Positions 13,645 through 25,395 of a stretch of 64,000 nt of DNA are shown here, one piece after another (position 1 is the first letter of the stretch; each line of letters starts with the position of its first letter). Below the pieces are notes generated by a model. It saw only the letters and a list, made by a program, of their open reading frames with translations, was not told the DNA's origin and ran no database searches. A program made the translations under genes and the position numbers. The stretch lies in the NCBI RefSeq assembly GCF_009914755.1, contig NC_060939.1; one strand, 5' to 3'. This DNA comes from the human T2T-CHM13v2.0 reference genome, Homo sapiens.

Positions 13645-13835
13645 AGATTTGGAGTTGAAAGACCTGGGCCTGAGTCCCAGCTCCATCACTTCCCAGCACG
13701 TGGCCTTGAACAAATCACTCAAGGCCTGCAGACCTCGGTCAGTCATTAGTAAAGAGAAGATTACTATTATAGAGACCCCACTGGGCTGTTTTGAGGGTGA
13801 AATGAGACCACGTAAGTGAACGCACTTTGAAACTA
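13645..13835 (+). mobile_element. MIR
   Basis: 'gacctgggcctgagtcccagctccatcactt...gtggccttgaacaaatcact...gtaagtgaacgcactttg'. Confidence 0.75.
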
Positions 13836-13934
13836 TCCATTGCTGGTCACAAAACTAACGTGTGTACGCATCTATTTACTAAATAGTCATATAATACTCA
13901 CCCGATTCATATGCTACTCCCAGTGTTTTTCTCT

Positions 13935-14500
13935 ACTTTTTATTACAAAAGTGTTCAACTACAGAAAGAAGTTTAAAGGATACAATGAATTTCCATATTC
14001 CCTCCAGATAGACTCAATAACTGTTTGCATTTTCGTATATTTGCTGTATGTGCATATTTATATGTGTGTGACTTGTAAAACCAGTTGAGATAAGAGGGGG
14101 AAAGGAAGAGAGAAAAAGACACACACATACATATCCCATATGAAAGTTGTGGACATCATGATACTTCAATTCTAAATATTTATACGCTAGTATTTCTTTC
14201 TTTTTTTGAGATAGAGTCTCACTCTGTCACCCACGCTGGAGTGCAGTGGTATGATCTTGGCTCACTGAAACCTCCACCTCCTGGGTTCAAGCGATTCTCA
14301 TGCCTCAGCCTCCTGAGTAGCTGGAATGAATGCCTCTTACTAAGGACATTCTCCTACATAGCCCCAGTACCATCACCACACCTCAGAAAATTAAAAATAA
14401 TTTTATACTATCCAATATCCAGACCTTACTCCAATTTTCCCAGTTGTCCCAAGATAGTTGTTGATAGCGTTTTTCAGACTGGGATCCACTCAAGATCCTC
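13935..14500 (-). mobile_element. L1MC4/5-like 3' fragments, interrupted by a truncated Alu
   Basis: 'gttgtggacatcatgatacttcaattctaaata', 'aaggacattctcctacatagccccagtacc...aaaattaa', 'ttttcccagttgtccca'. Confidence 0.65.
14193..14324 (-). mobile_element. 5'-truncated Alu (right-arm fragment)
   Basis: PolyT followed by gagatagagtctcactctgtc...cctcctgagtagctgg, then an abrupt return to L1 sequence. Confidence 0.9.
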
Positions 14501-14852
14501 CTGTTGCCCTGTTTGCTGAGCTTCTGCCATGTCTCCCCAGTGTCTGAGATTGTGAGCATCTTGGTTACTTGCTGCCAATTCTCACACTCATCTGTGCTGC
14601 CCACCGTCCCATGGCCTCTTGCGGACCTCTCTCCCATGGCGCTGGCTCCTTGCACCCAGCTATCTGCTTGCACACCTCTCTCCCTGCTGGAGGATAAGCA
14701 CCCCAAGGGCAGTGGCCAGTCTTAGCTACTGTTGTTTCCCCAGGACCCACACAGGCCTGGCATGGAGCAGGCACGTGGCAAATGACTGTTGCATGTTTGA
14801 ATCTTCATCAGAGGGCTAAGCAACACACACCTTTAAAAAGTGAGTGAGTTTT

Positions 14853-15158
14853 GGCCAGGCGAGGTGGCTTATGCCTGTAACCACAGCACTTTGGGAGGCC
14901 AGAGGCAGGCAGATCACTTGAGGTTAGGAGTTGGAGACCAGCCTGGCCAATATGGTGAAACCCCTTCTCTACTAAAGATACAAAAGTTAGCCAGGTGTGG
15001 TGGTACGTGCCTGTAGTCCCAGCTACTTGGGAGGCTGAGGCAGGAGAATCACTCAAACCTAGGAGGGTGGAGGTTGCAGTGAGCCGAGATTGCGCCACTG
15101 CACCCAGCCTGGACAACAGAGCTAGACTCCATCTCAAAAAAAAAAAAAAAAAAAAAAA
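14853..15158 (+). mobile_element. AluSx/Sz-like
   Basis: Full dimer with an A23 tail and a partial TSD tgagtttt. Confidence 0.95.
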
Positions 15159-15628
15159 GGAAATGAGTTTTAAGTAATTTCATCTGACAAATTCTGTACC
15201 CCTGCCGGAGCTCATGGAAAGCATCCCAGAGACCCAGGTGACCTAGCTCAGGCCCTGCCCTACTTCCCCATCTACAAGTGGCCACTGGGGCTCTGAAATC
15301 GCTTGGACTCTCGACTAGTCTGTGCTCGACATCTGTGACAGGACCATCGACTGAGAGGGAGAGCTGCCCTCCAGACCACAAGTCTTCTCTGGAAAACACA
15401 CACGTATATGAGAAGTTGGCTGTGTTCCCATTATAGGTCTTACAGAAGTGATTCCAAGTCTTGTGAGTTTCTGTGGAACCAGAAAACCACTTCCGGACCA
15501 GCAGGAGTGAGAAGAGGCGCATGCATATCATGTTTGCATTGTTTTCTTCCATGTGTCACTTCACCACAATGCTCAGGACCTCAATGAGAGTTTTAAGTTC
15601 TCCCAGCTTCAAATTGTGCTTTCCAGGC

Positions 15629-15797
15629 CAGAGCTTCTCAAAATTTAATGTGCCTTTGAATCATCTGGAGAGCTTGATACAATGAATGTTTTTTTAAAAG
15701 TAGATTTGGGATGGGCTCCAGGATCCTGAATTCCTAACAGTTGGTCTGGGTGACGCCAGTGCCACTGGTCCCTGAACTACACTTTGAGAAGCGAAGT
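15629..15797. mobile_element. MER5A1/MER5B-like
   Basis: 'cagagcttctcaaaatttaatgtgc...aatcatctgg...actacactttgagaagc'. Confidence 0.75.
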
Positions 15798-16409
15798 TCT
15801 AAAGGTCACAAAACAACTTCTCATTTCTTCAGTGAACTGGTAATTAGCACCTACAGCTAAATATAAGGCAGTGTTCTAGCATTGGAGGAACAAGGAAATG
15901 GGAAGAAATACAAAGAAGAATAAGACACAGGCCTTTGACTCAAATCCAACTGGATATCCCTTTATACTACGTCTAGCATTTTGCTTAAGTGGGACCTAAA
16001 AAGTTACTCCAAGCTGCCTCCCCTAGGGTCTTCTGGCTGTTTCTGGTAATGTGTATTCCTGCTGATGCTCAAGCCCTTTGCAACAAGTTCCTAACATGGT
16101 ATCAAATACTGGGCACACTAGCAAACTTCAGCCATAAATTAGGGCCCAAATGTTGTCACCAAATGGCTGTGTGACTTTGGATAAATCACTCTCCTCTCAC
16201 GTGGACTAGGGTTGGGAGCTCTTCAAGTCCCTTCCTGTCTGCCAAAAGGTTTCTAAGCAGTTTCCAAGCCGTTTCTTGCAGTTTTCCCATCAAGCCAGGT
16301 GAAGGCAAGTGTTATGTCCCCATCAGGGTCCCCCAGCCCCCTCTTCTTAGCTCAGGACTGGGGCTTTCTGGGGCTCACCTACAGTCTTCCTCCTTTCCTT
16401 CCTAACTTC

Positions 16410-16770
16410 ACACGCATTTATCAAGCACATACTCTGCATCAAACCTGTGCTCAAGGACAGGGAGGCAAAGGTCAATAAGATGCACTCCCTCCCTGGGGAG
16501 GAGACCTAAAACAGACCGCAGGTGCCCTGCTGCGTGGCTGGCTCAGGCTCTCAGAGTGTGAAGGAGAGCACCTCACTCAGCACTGGCAGAGGCCGGCAGG
16601 CCTAAGTGGGCCTTCACCATATGCCAGGCCTGGCTAGGAGCTTCCCTGGAAGATTCCAGGTAACGCCCAGCAACCCTCAAAGGAAAATGCTAGTATTGTC
16701 CCCATTTTAAAAATGGGAAAACAGGCTTAAAAAGTCAGATGTCTGGCCCAACATCACACAGCTAATATGG
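16410..16770 (-). mobile_element. L2 fragment followed by MIR
   Basis: 'gcatttatcaagcacatactctg' (L2); 'attgtccccattttaaaaatgggaaaacaggct...cccaacatcacacagcta' (MIR). Confidence 0.55.
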
Positions 16771-17542
16771 ATTCAGTGAAATATATGCAAAAATACTCAG
16801 CAGAGTGGCAAGTAGTAACTAAACGGTAACTAAAATACCTTTTTCAAATGACAGAACAGAGAGTGGGGGCCAGTAATCTGCACTCTCAGACAAAACTGAC
16901 AAGTGGGAGAAAGGCTTGTCTCCCCTGAAGGACAAAAACCAGGCTTGGGACTGGCCACACATGATGAGAAAACTGTGAGAAAAGAAGCAGGAGAGACTTT
17001 GGAAGAGGGCTTGGCAGGCCGGAAAGCGCTAGGTGCACACGACGGGCAGTGGGGGCTCAAACACAGGTGGGAGCCCAGGGGAGGAGGGAGCGATTAGTCA
17101 TGCTGGGGAGGCTCCAAGGGCCCTTTGTCCTTCCTAGATGGCTACTCAGACGCCAGTCTGCGAGCACCCCAGGCTCAGCTGCTCCATGCTTCAGCCACCA
17201 TGCAACCCATCTGGATAATGGACTGTTATGAAGCATGTTGGCAGCCATCGATTAGGACTAAACTCTATGCTCATTGGGTTGTATTTGCAAGGATGCTCTG
17301 CTAAGATCCACAGCAGAGGTGCATCTCTCTCCTTCTCATTTGATGGCTTGGAATTAAAATGCCACCCAACATTCTCTGCCAAAGACATGAAGATTTATGG
17401 GTCACTGTCAATATCAACACATGCTGGCCATTATTTGAGTCTCCTTGCTGCTTGGGACTGATTGCTATTTACTTTGAAAGATAAATGTGGCTTTGTAATC
17501 CATGCAGGTTGCTGGGAGGAATGGGTTTTAAATGCATTTGTT

Positions 17543-17830
17543 CTTTTTTTTTTTTTTAAGACAGAGTCTCACTCTGTCAACCACGCTGTGCAGTAGCACG
17601 ATCCTGGCTTACTGCAAACTCCGCCTCCAGGTTCTCCTGCCTCAGCCTCCCAAGTAGATGGGATTACAAGCATGCGCCGCCGCACCCTGCTAATTTCTAT
17701 ATTTTTAATAGAGACAGGGTTTCGCCATGTTGGCCAGGCTGGTCTTGAACTCCTGACTTCAAGAGATCCCCCCTCCTCGGACTCCCAAAGTGTTGGGATT
17801 ACAGACAGGTGTGAGCCACCATGCCCGGCC
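17543..17830 (-). mobile_element. Alu (old S/J-like, small internal deletion)
   Basis: Antisense dimer flanked by the 21-bp direct repeat tgggttttaaatgcatttgtt. Confidence 0.93.
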
Positions 17831-18212
17831 TTGGGTTTTAAATGCATTTGTTTCTTCCCTTGGAGACCTTTCTATTCCACTCCATTCTGCTTTGTCTGGT
17901 GATGTTGGTCCCACCCTGTACCCACCATCAGATATTCTAATGTCCTCCGAGGCTCTGGAACAAAGACCAGAGGGACCAGCCTGTCCTCTGTCCAGAGTCA
18001 TCAGTATGACAGTATGGAGAGACCCTTAGCACCTTAGTAGAAAAATTGCCCCTGTCTTATGGGGTGACACCACTCATATATGATCTGGGGCAAGAGTCAA
18101 GACCCCCAAGGAGCTTACTTAAGGAGCAATAGGTTGTCCCCTTTGCCTCTTCTGGTCTTTCGCGTTTCTGAGCGTGGTGTGGAAACTGAGTCAGGAGCTA
18201 AATCAATTAGGT

Positions 18213-18400
18213 CACTGGTTCTCAAACTTGAGTGTGCATCACAACCCACTGAAGAGCTTTTTAAAACACAGATTGTGGCCCCCACTCTAGAGCTCCTGAT
18301 TCAATAGGCCTAGGGTGCGGCCCAGGAATGTGCATTTCTAACGATGTCCCAGGTGATGCTGATTCTGTTGCTGGTCCTGCATCCCACCTGAAGAACTGCC
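18213..18400. mobile_element. MER5A
   Basis: 'ctggttctcaaacttgagtgtgcatca...ctgattcaataggcctagggtgcggcccaggaatgtgcatttctaac'. Confidence 0.85.
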
Positions 18401-20128
18401 TCAGAACAAGAGTGGGAAGCATTAGAGACCAATCATGGGAGAGATGAGGCTGCTGGCAGTGTTTGGCACTTGGGAAAAAGAACAGCACCGTCTAAAGGAG
18501 AATTTTATTAAGTTTCAGGGAACAATGTGCAATTTAAATCTTTTTGTAGGAAATCGTCAGTTAAAGGTCAATTTCCATAAGTATGTGGATCTATGTATTT
18601 TGGAAATGCATTGAAATGTTACATGGGTCTGGGACCACACAAGCTACCCACTGGTGGTCTGCTATACCTAGGTACTAGGAAGGTCAAGGTACTGAGTAGG
18701 TCACAGTCTTGCCACCGGGATGCTTTGCTAACTTTATTGAGTGAAAGTAGTAAGAAATGCCTGGTATTGATAAGAGCCCACCGTGCTAGTTTTTACCAAT
18801 GGTCCCTAAGCGATTTTCCCTGCAGCAGTCAGGGTTTACAGGTAAAACTGGGCCCAGGGCAATAAAGGGGTACAGTCTAAGGACTCTGGGAGTTTCCTGA
18901 TGAATACTAGAGGTCTTTGGAGGCAGACAACTTTTTCTTTGCAGCGGGACTTCACATTATAAGCCATGATGAGGCTGCAATTGCGATTTATCAGTGCTGC
19001 CTTCCTTCCCCAGGCAACGTACTAGGAAGAATCATGGTTTACTGAAGGCAGGCTACCCTCCCCATCAAAGCCTAGTGGACTGGGCAAGCAATCGGTTGGG
19101 ATTCATTACTTGGAGGCATGTATCCCCAGAGCAATCAAAGGCCCTGACCGGCACAGGATTGGGAGGCTGTTGCTGAGACCCAGGCCTCGAGTGACAGGTA
19201 GAGCAGTGGGGTGGAGGAAAGTCAACATATTTGGAGATACGAAAAAGGCAGGTAAGTAATTGTATTCGTTGAGACTTTGGGTCACAAGAATAATAATCCA
19301 AACCAAATTAACTTGTGGGGAATTTATTTACTCATGTAACATAGATGTCCAAATTATAAGCTTCAGGGACAGCTGGATCTATGACCTTAATAAAGTCACC
19401 ATGTTTCTTCATTCGCTCCCCACCCCCTTCTCCCTTCATAACACTTCAGAGTGCCAGATTCCTCAGTCCTTGGAACTCAAACTTCCAGAGAGACCATACT
19501 TCATCACATACCTATGGCACATGTTCCAGAAATGATTCTGGCCAGGTGTCCACCCCTGAATAGATGGCCACAGGCAGGAGAATGGGATGTCTGATTGGTC
19601 TGATTTGGGAAACATCCTATCCACCACTTGGATAGGATCAACTTTACCCAAACAGGACTGATCAGGATCCACATGGGAGGTTCGCTCCTTTGGAGGAGGA
19701 GATGCCAGCAGACCGTGGAGGACTGGCTGTGAGGCACGAGGATGAGCGGGAGGCAAGGGCGGCTCCTGCTTCCACAGAGGCGAGCAGGAGGATGCTCCTG
19801 CCCTGCTCACACAGCTGTGGCTCTGCACCTTGCTCCCCGCTAGAAGGTGGGCTATCGTAGCTAAGCTACCTGGGCAGAGCAGACCTCGTGAGTGTGGGGA
19901 AAATCCTGGGCAGCATAACAGACTCATTTGTAGGGCAAAGGGATTTTCAGTTAGTTCTGTAACACACTGGAGAACCAACACAATGCTCAAGCATCGTTCC
20001 TCCCAGAGGAAGCAGATGGGTGAGATAAATAAAACCACACTTTCATTGGCATCCTAGGATGCTCGGGGCCCTATTTTCAAGGCTGTGTATGTTGAATACA
20101 CATTTCAGTGATGCTTTAGTCTATTCCA

Positions 20129-20318
20129 CAGTGATTCTCAAATTGTGGCCCCCAGGCCAACAGTATCACCATGCCCCGGGAACTTGTTTGAAAGACAAAT
20201 TCTCCATCCCACTCAAGACCTCCTGAAACAGAAACTCTGGGTATGGGGCCCGGCAGTCTGGGTTTTAATGCACCCTCTGGGTGATTCTGAAACAGGCACC
20301 AAAGTTTGAGAACGTCTG
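20129..20318. mobile_element. MER5A
   Basis: 'cagtgattctcaaattgtggcccc...cagaaactctgggtatggggcc...aaagtttgagaacgtctg'. Confidence 0.85.
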
Positions 20319-21610
20319 CCTATAAATGTATTTGATCCAATCCATCAAGTTCAAAGGGACCACCTACTATAAAAACTAAGGCTTATGTTCAGGGTTTATT
20401 GAGCAGTCTGAATTTAGAAGAGTGTGAACGTGAAACAGTTTTCTATTTCTCCCATTCCAGCCTTCAGCCACGCACTATCAAGTTATATGCTTCCATCCCT
20501 TTATAGCATCCTGGGCAGATTCCTTTAACTTTTGGTCAGTTCGATTATTAAGTTATTTTACTTTATTCTAAAGCCTCAATCTCACATCTGATTTGACATT
20601 CTTCCCTTCTCTCATGAGCTAGACTCAAAGAAGATGGAATCTGCAGTGGGGAGGGGATAGGATAGTTCTGCTCTTTCACTCCTCTTTTCTCTGGAGCACC
20701 GTGGGGTAGGGTGGAGTGGGATGGGGTGGGAGGGCAGGGTGAGGCCTGGTCCTGGGACTGCTGCCCCTCATTTTTCAGAGCCCAACCCCCATGGGACTGG
20801 GAGCTGGTAGTGAGGGTACAGCTGGGGGACACAGAGGTCCTCATCTCTTGTGAGTGGTCTGCTCTTGCTCTGGTTCACTGTGGTCCCATCTGCTGCTGGT
20901 GGCCTTGGCCTGTGAAGATGTGGATGTGGTTTTCTGAGGGCCCTATCGGTGTGAGCCCAGCCCATTTGTCACTAAGGACAGCTGTGGCCCCTTTTGGCTT
21001 CTCCAAAGGTCCATGCCCCTCCTACTCTGTCCTCCTGTACAAAGTCTCAGAAATGACTTCGGTCTTCTTCCCCGCCTCTGAGGATTGATGGGAGCTGAGG
21101 TGTGGGGACCCATCCCCTCAGGTACACTGCCTCATAGTATTTCTTCTCCCCGCTTGGCTGAGCCTCCTCTCTTCAGATGGCTAAAACAGGCACAACCCCC
21201 ACGTTGCCACACAGTCCCATAAACTCCTATGGATACAGGTCAGTCTCTCTCCAAAACTCCATCCTCATATCCCCAGCACCACATGGGACCTAGAATAGCA
21301 ACGTCTCAGCCAGCATACAGCCTGGAACAATATGACCATTTCTGCCTCCTGCAGGCACCCTCATTCCGCATTCTCGGTAAGTGATTCTAATCGGTCCCCC
21401 AACTTGAACTCTAGAGACTAACAATGGGAAGAAGAGAACTAAATTATTCTCCCAGCAATTCCTACTCTCCCTCTCCCACTTGTCTGTCTAACATGGGCTG
21501 GGGGAAGGTGGTGATGGGAATAGAGACTGCTTCTTTGAGAGCCCTGGAGTTTGAAGAATTTGGCCCCAGTTGCTGGCAACTCTCATTACAGAGTGTGGGT
21601 TCCGTACATT

Positions 21611-21909
<299 letters not shown>

Positions 21910-21959
21910 TTAGCACCTGTTGTTTCAGCAGATGTCCTGGTGCCACATTTGCTATTTGC

Positions 21960-22120
21960 AATGCGTCTTCACATACATTATCTCAGTTGACCCCACAGTG
22001 ATTCTGTGAGGTGTTTAACCTATAAGGAAACAGGCTCAGAGAGATTAAGTGACAAGCCCAAGGTCACACATGCAGAGGTGATGGCAAGATGGGAACCCAG
22101 CCCAGTGACTCCTGAGCACC
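21960..22120 (-). mobile_element. MIR
   Basis: 'aaggaaacaggctcagagagattaagtgacaagcccaaggtcacac'. Confidence 0.75.
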
Positions 22121-22814
22121 TGTTCTCTCCCTGCTGTTTCATGCAGGTGCCTCAGCCACACTTGTCTTCCAGCTCTGGGTGAACTTGGAGCAAATAACCA
22201 GAGAAATAGCTTGTCTCCAAGGCCACAGAGCAGCTGGCAGGGGAGAGTTTGGGGCAAGGGATTTCCTTAGGGAAAACACCAATTCGTTCTGGTCATGCCC
22301 AGTCACATGGGTCCCAACCATCACCTTCCCAGGCCAAGGTCTTAGGTTCCCCTGGAACCCCTTTGGCTTTACTCCCTTCCTGGGCTGGGGGAAAGGGTGG
22401 GGATATAAGCTGGTACTTCCAAAGCAGAAAGCTGGGGTTTGGGGCTGACAGAGCCGACCTTGAGCTTGAGCTCCATGGAGTACCCAGCCCAGGTCAAATG
22501 GGGTCAGGAAGCCATCTGTGCCTTCTGGATGGCTCTGTCTGAATGATTCACTTCTGCCTATGGTGGGTGGAAGTTCATGGTTTTACTCCCACATGGTGAC
22601 CACAGTGCATGGCAATTCTCTAGTCAACAGGTGGGGTTGGGGCCTCTGCTACACACAAGAGGCTTCTTTCTTCAAGTTTAAGACTTCTGATGCTCACAAG
22701 ACCCTCCCATGCCCTTACCACGTGCAGCGCTCACCCCCAGGGCCTGGGGTTTGGTGAGATGTGTCGCCCACATGGGCTGGGATCATATTTTCCCCAGGGA
22801 AGATGAAAGCCCTC

Positions 22815-23883
22815 ACCCTCTCACAAAGCCAATTGCTAAATTTTCAAGAATTTTGCAAGCTGATTTTTAAACATAGCCATTATTTTAAAATTACATTATA
22901 GAACTTACAATGAAACAAATGTTTAAAATGACAGTAATAAATACTCAAAACTCCTCTGTTCTCATTTTACTATTGTCTCTGTCTGTAAGGTTATTTCCGT
23001 CTGTCGTACTGTGTGGTGGAAATACTATTCAATGATACACCAAAGTGAATCTCTTCCCAACTCCGTTATCAGTAACATCACAGTGGGAGCTTAACAGAAG
23101 CCATGATGGCTGTATTTATACATGGACATTGGCAAACATTATAGATTAGGGTTTGATGTATTGTTTTGTTGACTGTGTAAAGCAAGGTTCAGCAAACTTT
23201 TCTCTGTAAAGGGCCAGACAGTAAATATTTTTCCTTTTGTAGGCCATAGGTGTCTGTTAAAACTACTCAACTCTGCTATTGCAGCACAAAAGCAGCCACA
23301 GACAATAGACACACAAATGGACCTGGCTGTGTTCCAATAAACCTAATTCACAAAAACACATGGTGCACCAGATTTGTCAGGCCATGGATTGCTAGCCCCT
23401 CATCTAGACTTAAGAGAGCCATAGAAAAAAAATGTTAGTAATGAAGATTAAATTTAGAACTGTCCCAATTGTAACTAGCACAAAACATTAAGGAAATATT
23501 CTTCCAGTGCTCAAAAACAATGATTTGATTGAGCAAAGAATTCATGTCATTGTTGAATGATTGAGTTTCAACGTGTCCTTATTTCATTTTTGTCTTCTTC
23601 ATTAATGTAAATAAACCTGTCAGCCAACCTACACTTGTCATTTGCCACCATAGGTTGACTAGTGAGACAAGGGTCCAACAAACATCAGCAAAAGTATTCT
23701 GTGAAAATCAATTGCTATTTGGAGTTTACAATAAAGAATACTGTATATTTCATTATTATTTATAAATTGTATAATACCTTGATAGCAATGAAATGCACAA
23801 TATATGCATGTATGCGTGTATATATATATGAATATATTTTCTTCCAGAGAGCCAGTTGCTGAGTATCCACCAATGCACCACTG
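22815..23883. mobile_element. MER63 (long C/D form; hAT-Blackjack) containing a nested MER58A
   Basis: 'agccaattgctaaattttcaagaattttgcaagc', 'tggtggaaatactat', 'atctcttcccaactccg', and the end 'cagagagccagttgct...caccactg'. Confidence 0.8.
23183..23401. mobile_element. MER58A (hAT-Charlie)
   Basis: 'cagcaaacttttctctgtaaagggccagacagtaaatatt...actactcaactctgc...gcagccacagacaata...ggctgtgttccaataaa'. Confidence 0.88.
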
Positions 23884-25096
23884 CCTGAGGGGTGTCTACA
23901 TAAAAAGAGACCTAACAGCCCAGAGCAGCACTTGTTAAGGACCCAAGGCATGGTCCAGACCCCAAGGAAGGGAAGGGGGTCAGGGATGGATAGACAATCT
24001 GGAAAGTTCTCCAAGGTGGTCTGAGAAGGCTTCATGGGGGACAGAGAGCCGTAAAGCATGGTAGGACTCAATGACAAATGAAGAATGGCTGTACTTCAGA
24101 CAGGCACACAGCATGAGCGCAGGAGGCGAGGCTGAAGTCAGGGACACCGAGACAAGAGGGTGAGCATAGGGAAGCAGAAGGGAATGAAGTGGGGTCAAAT
24201 ATATGTAATGGCATGGAAACATGCTATGAGATCAAGCCAAAAGAAAAGAAAAAGTAGAATGCAAAATTTTACATTTGCATTAAGGAAAAAACACGTTAGA
24301 AGAAAATGCACTTAAATAAATTGCTCTGTGTGATAGTATGATAGCTGATTATGTATTTATCCTCAATGCTTTCTGTACCTTCCTGTTGTTCTGAAGTTGT
24401 ATTACTTTGATATTCATGGGGAAAAATAAGCTTTTCCAGTATGAAGGGCAAAAAGCACTGAGCCAAACCTGAAGCCATAGCTAAGGACAGGGCACATCTC
24501 CCCTGATGCAGCCCAGAGGCCCCTGGAGGGAGGTGCTGGGGGGTGAATAGAGACTAGGGGTGTCACTCCCTCCTAGGAGGACTGCAGGAGCACATGGGTA
24601 GCCAATGCTAAGGCCTCCTGCCCCCATGGGCCTAAGTAGCCCTGTCCACACTGGGGATCTGCCCGCTACCTCATAGCCTCAGGTAGATGTCTGTTCTCTC
24701 TTTGCAAATGTCCCCCGCAACCCATCACATTCATAAAGGCAACAAATTGGGGAAAACGAGAGGTCCTCTGTCTTTTTAGGGCTTCACCACTGCTGTTTTC
24801 CCAACTAAAGAAATATGTACATATGTTTAAGTATACTTTACCATGCGTAGAATGGGAAAAACAGAAGTTATTCTAGAGAACATCTCGCTCAACTCGTTTA
24901 TTTTACTAATAAGAAAATAGAAACTATGGAGGTCAAGTGGCAAAGCCAGGGAAACAGAGCTAAGTGAGAACTAGGCTCCAGCAGAGATGATGCCCAGGGC
25001 CGGGCACCTCCTTTGTCAGCATGCAGGTATCATCAGACAAGGCCAAAACAGCACTGGGCGATGTGGGCTGAGCAGCCCTTGGCTTCGAAAACATGA

Positions 25097-25395
<299 letters not shown>

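Noticed and set aside
19463-20038. 191-aa minus-strand ORF (and the 187-aa ORF at 40881-41444)
   Set aside because: No recognisable domain. The Ser/Pro/Leu/Cys/Arg-rich composition is typical of chance ORFs in ~50% GC intron.
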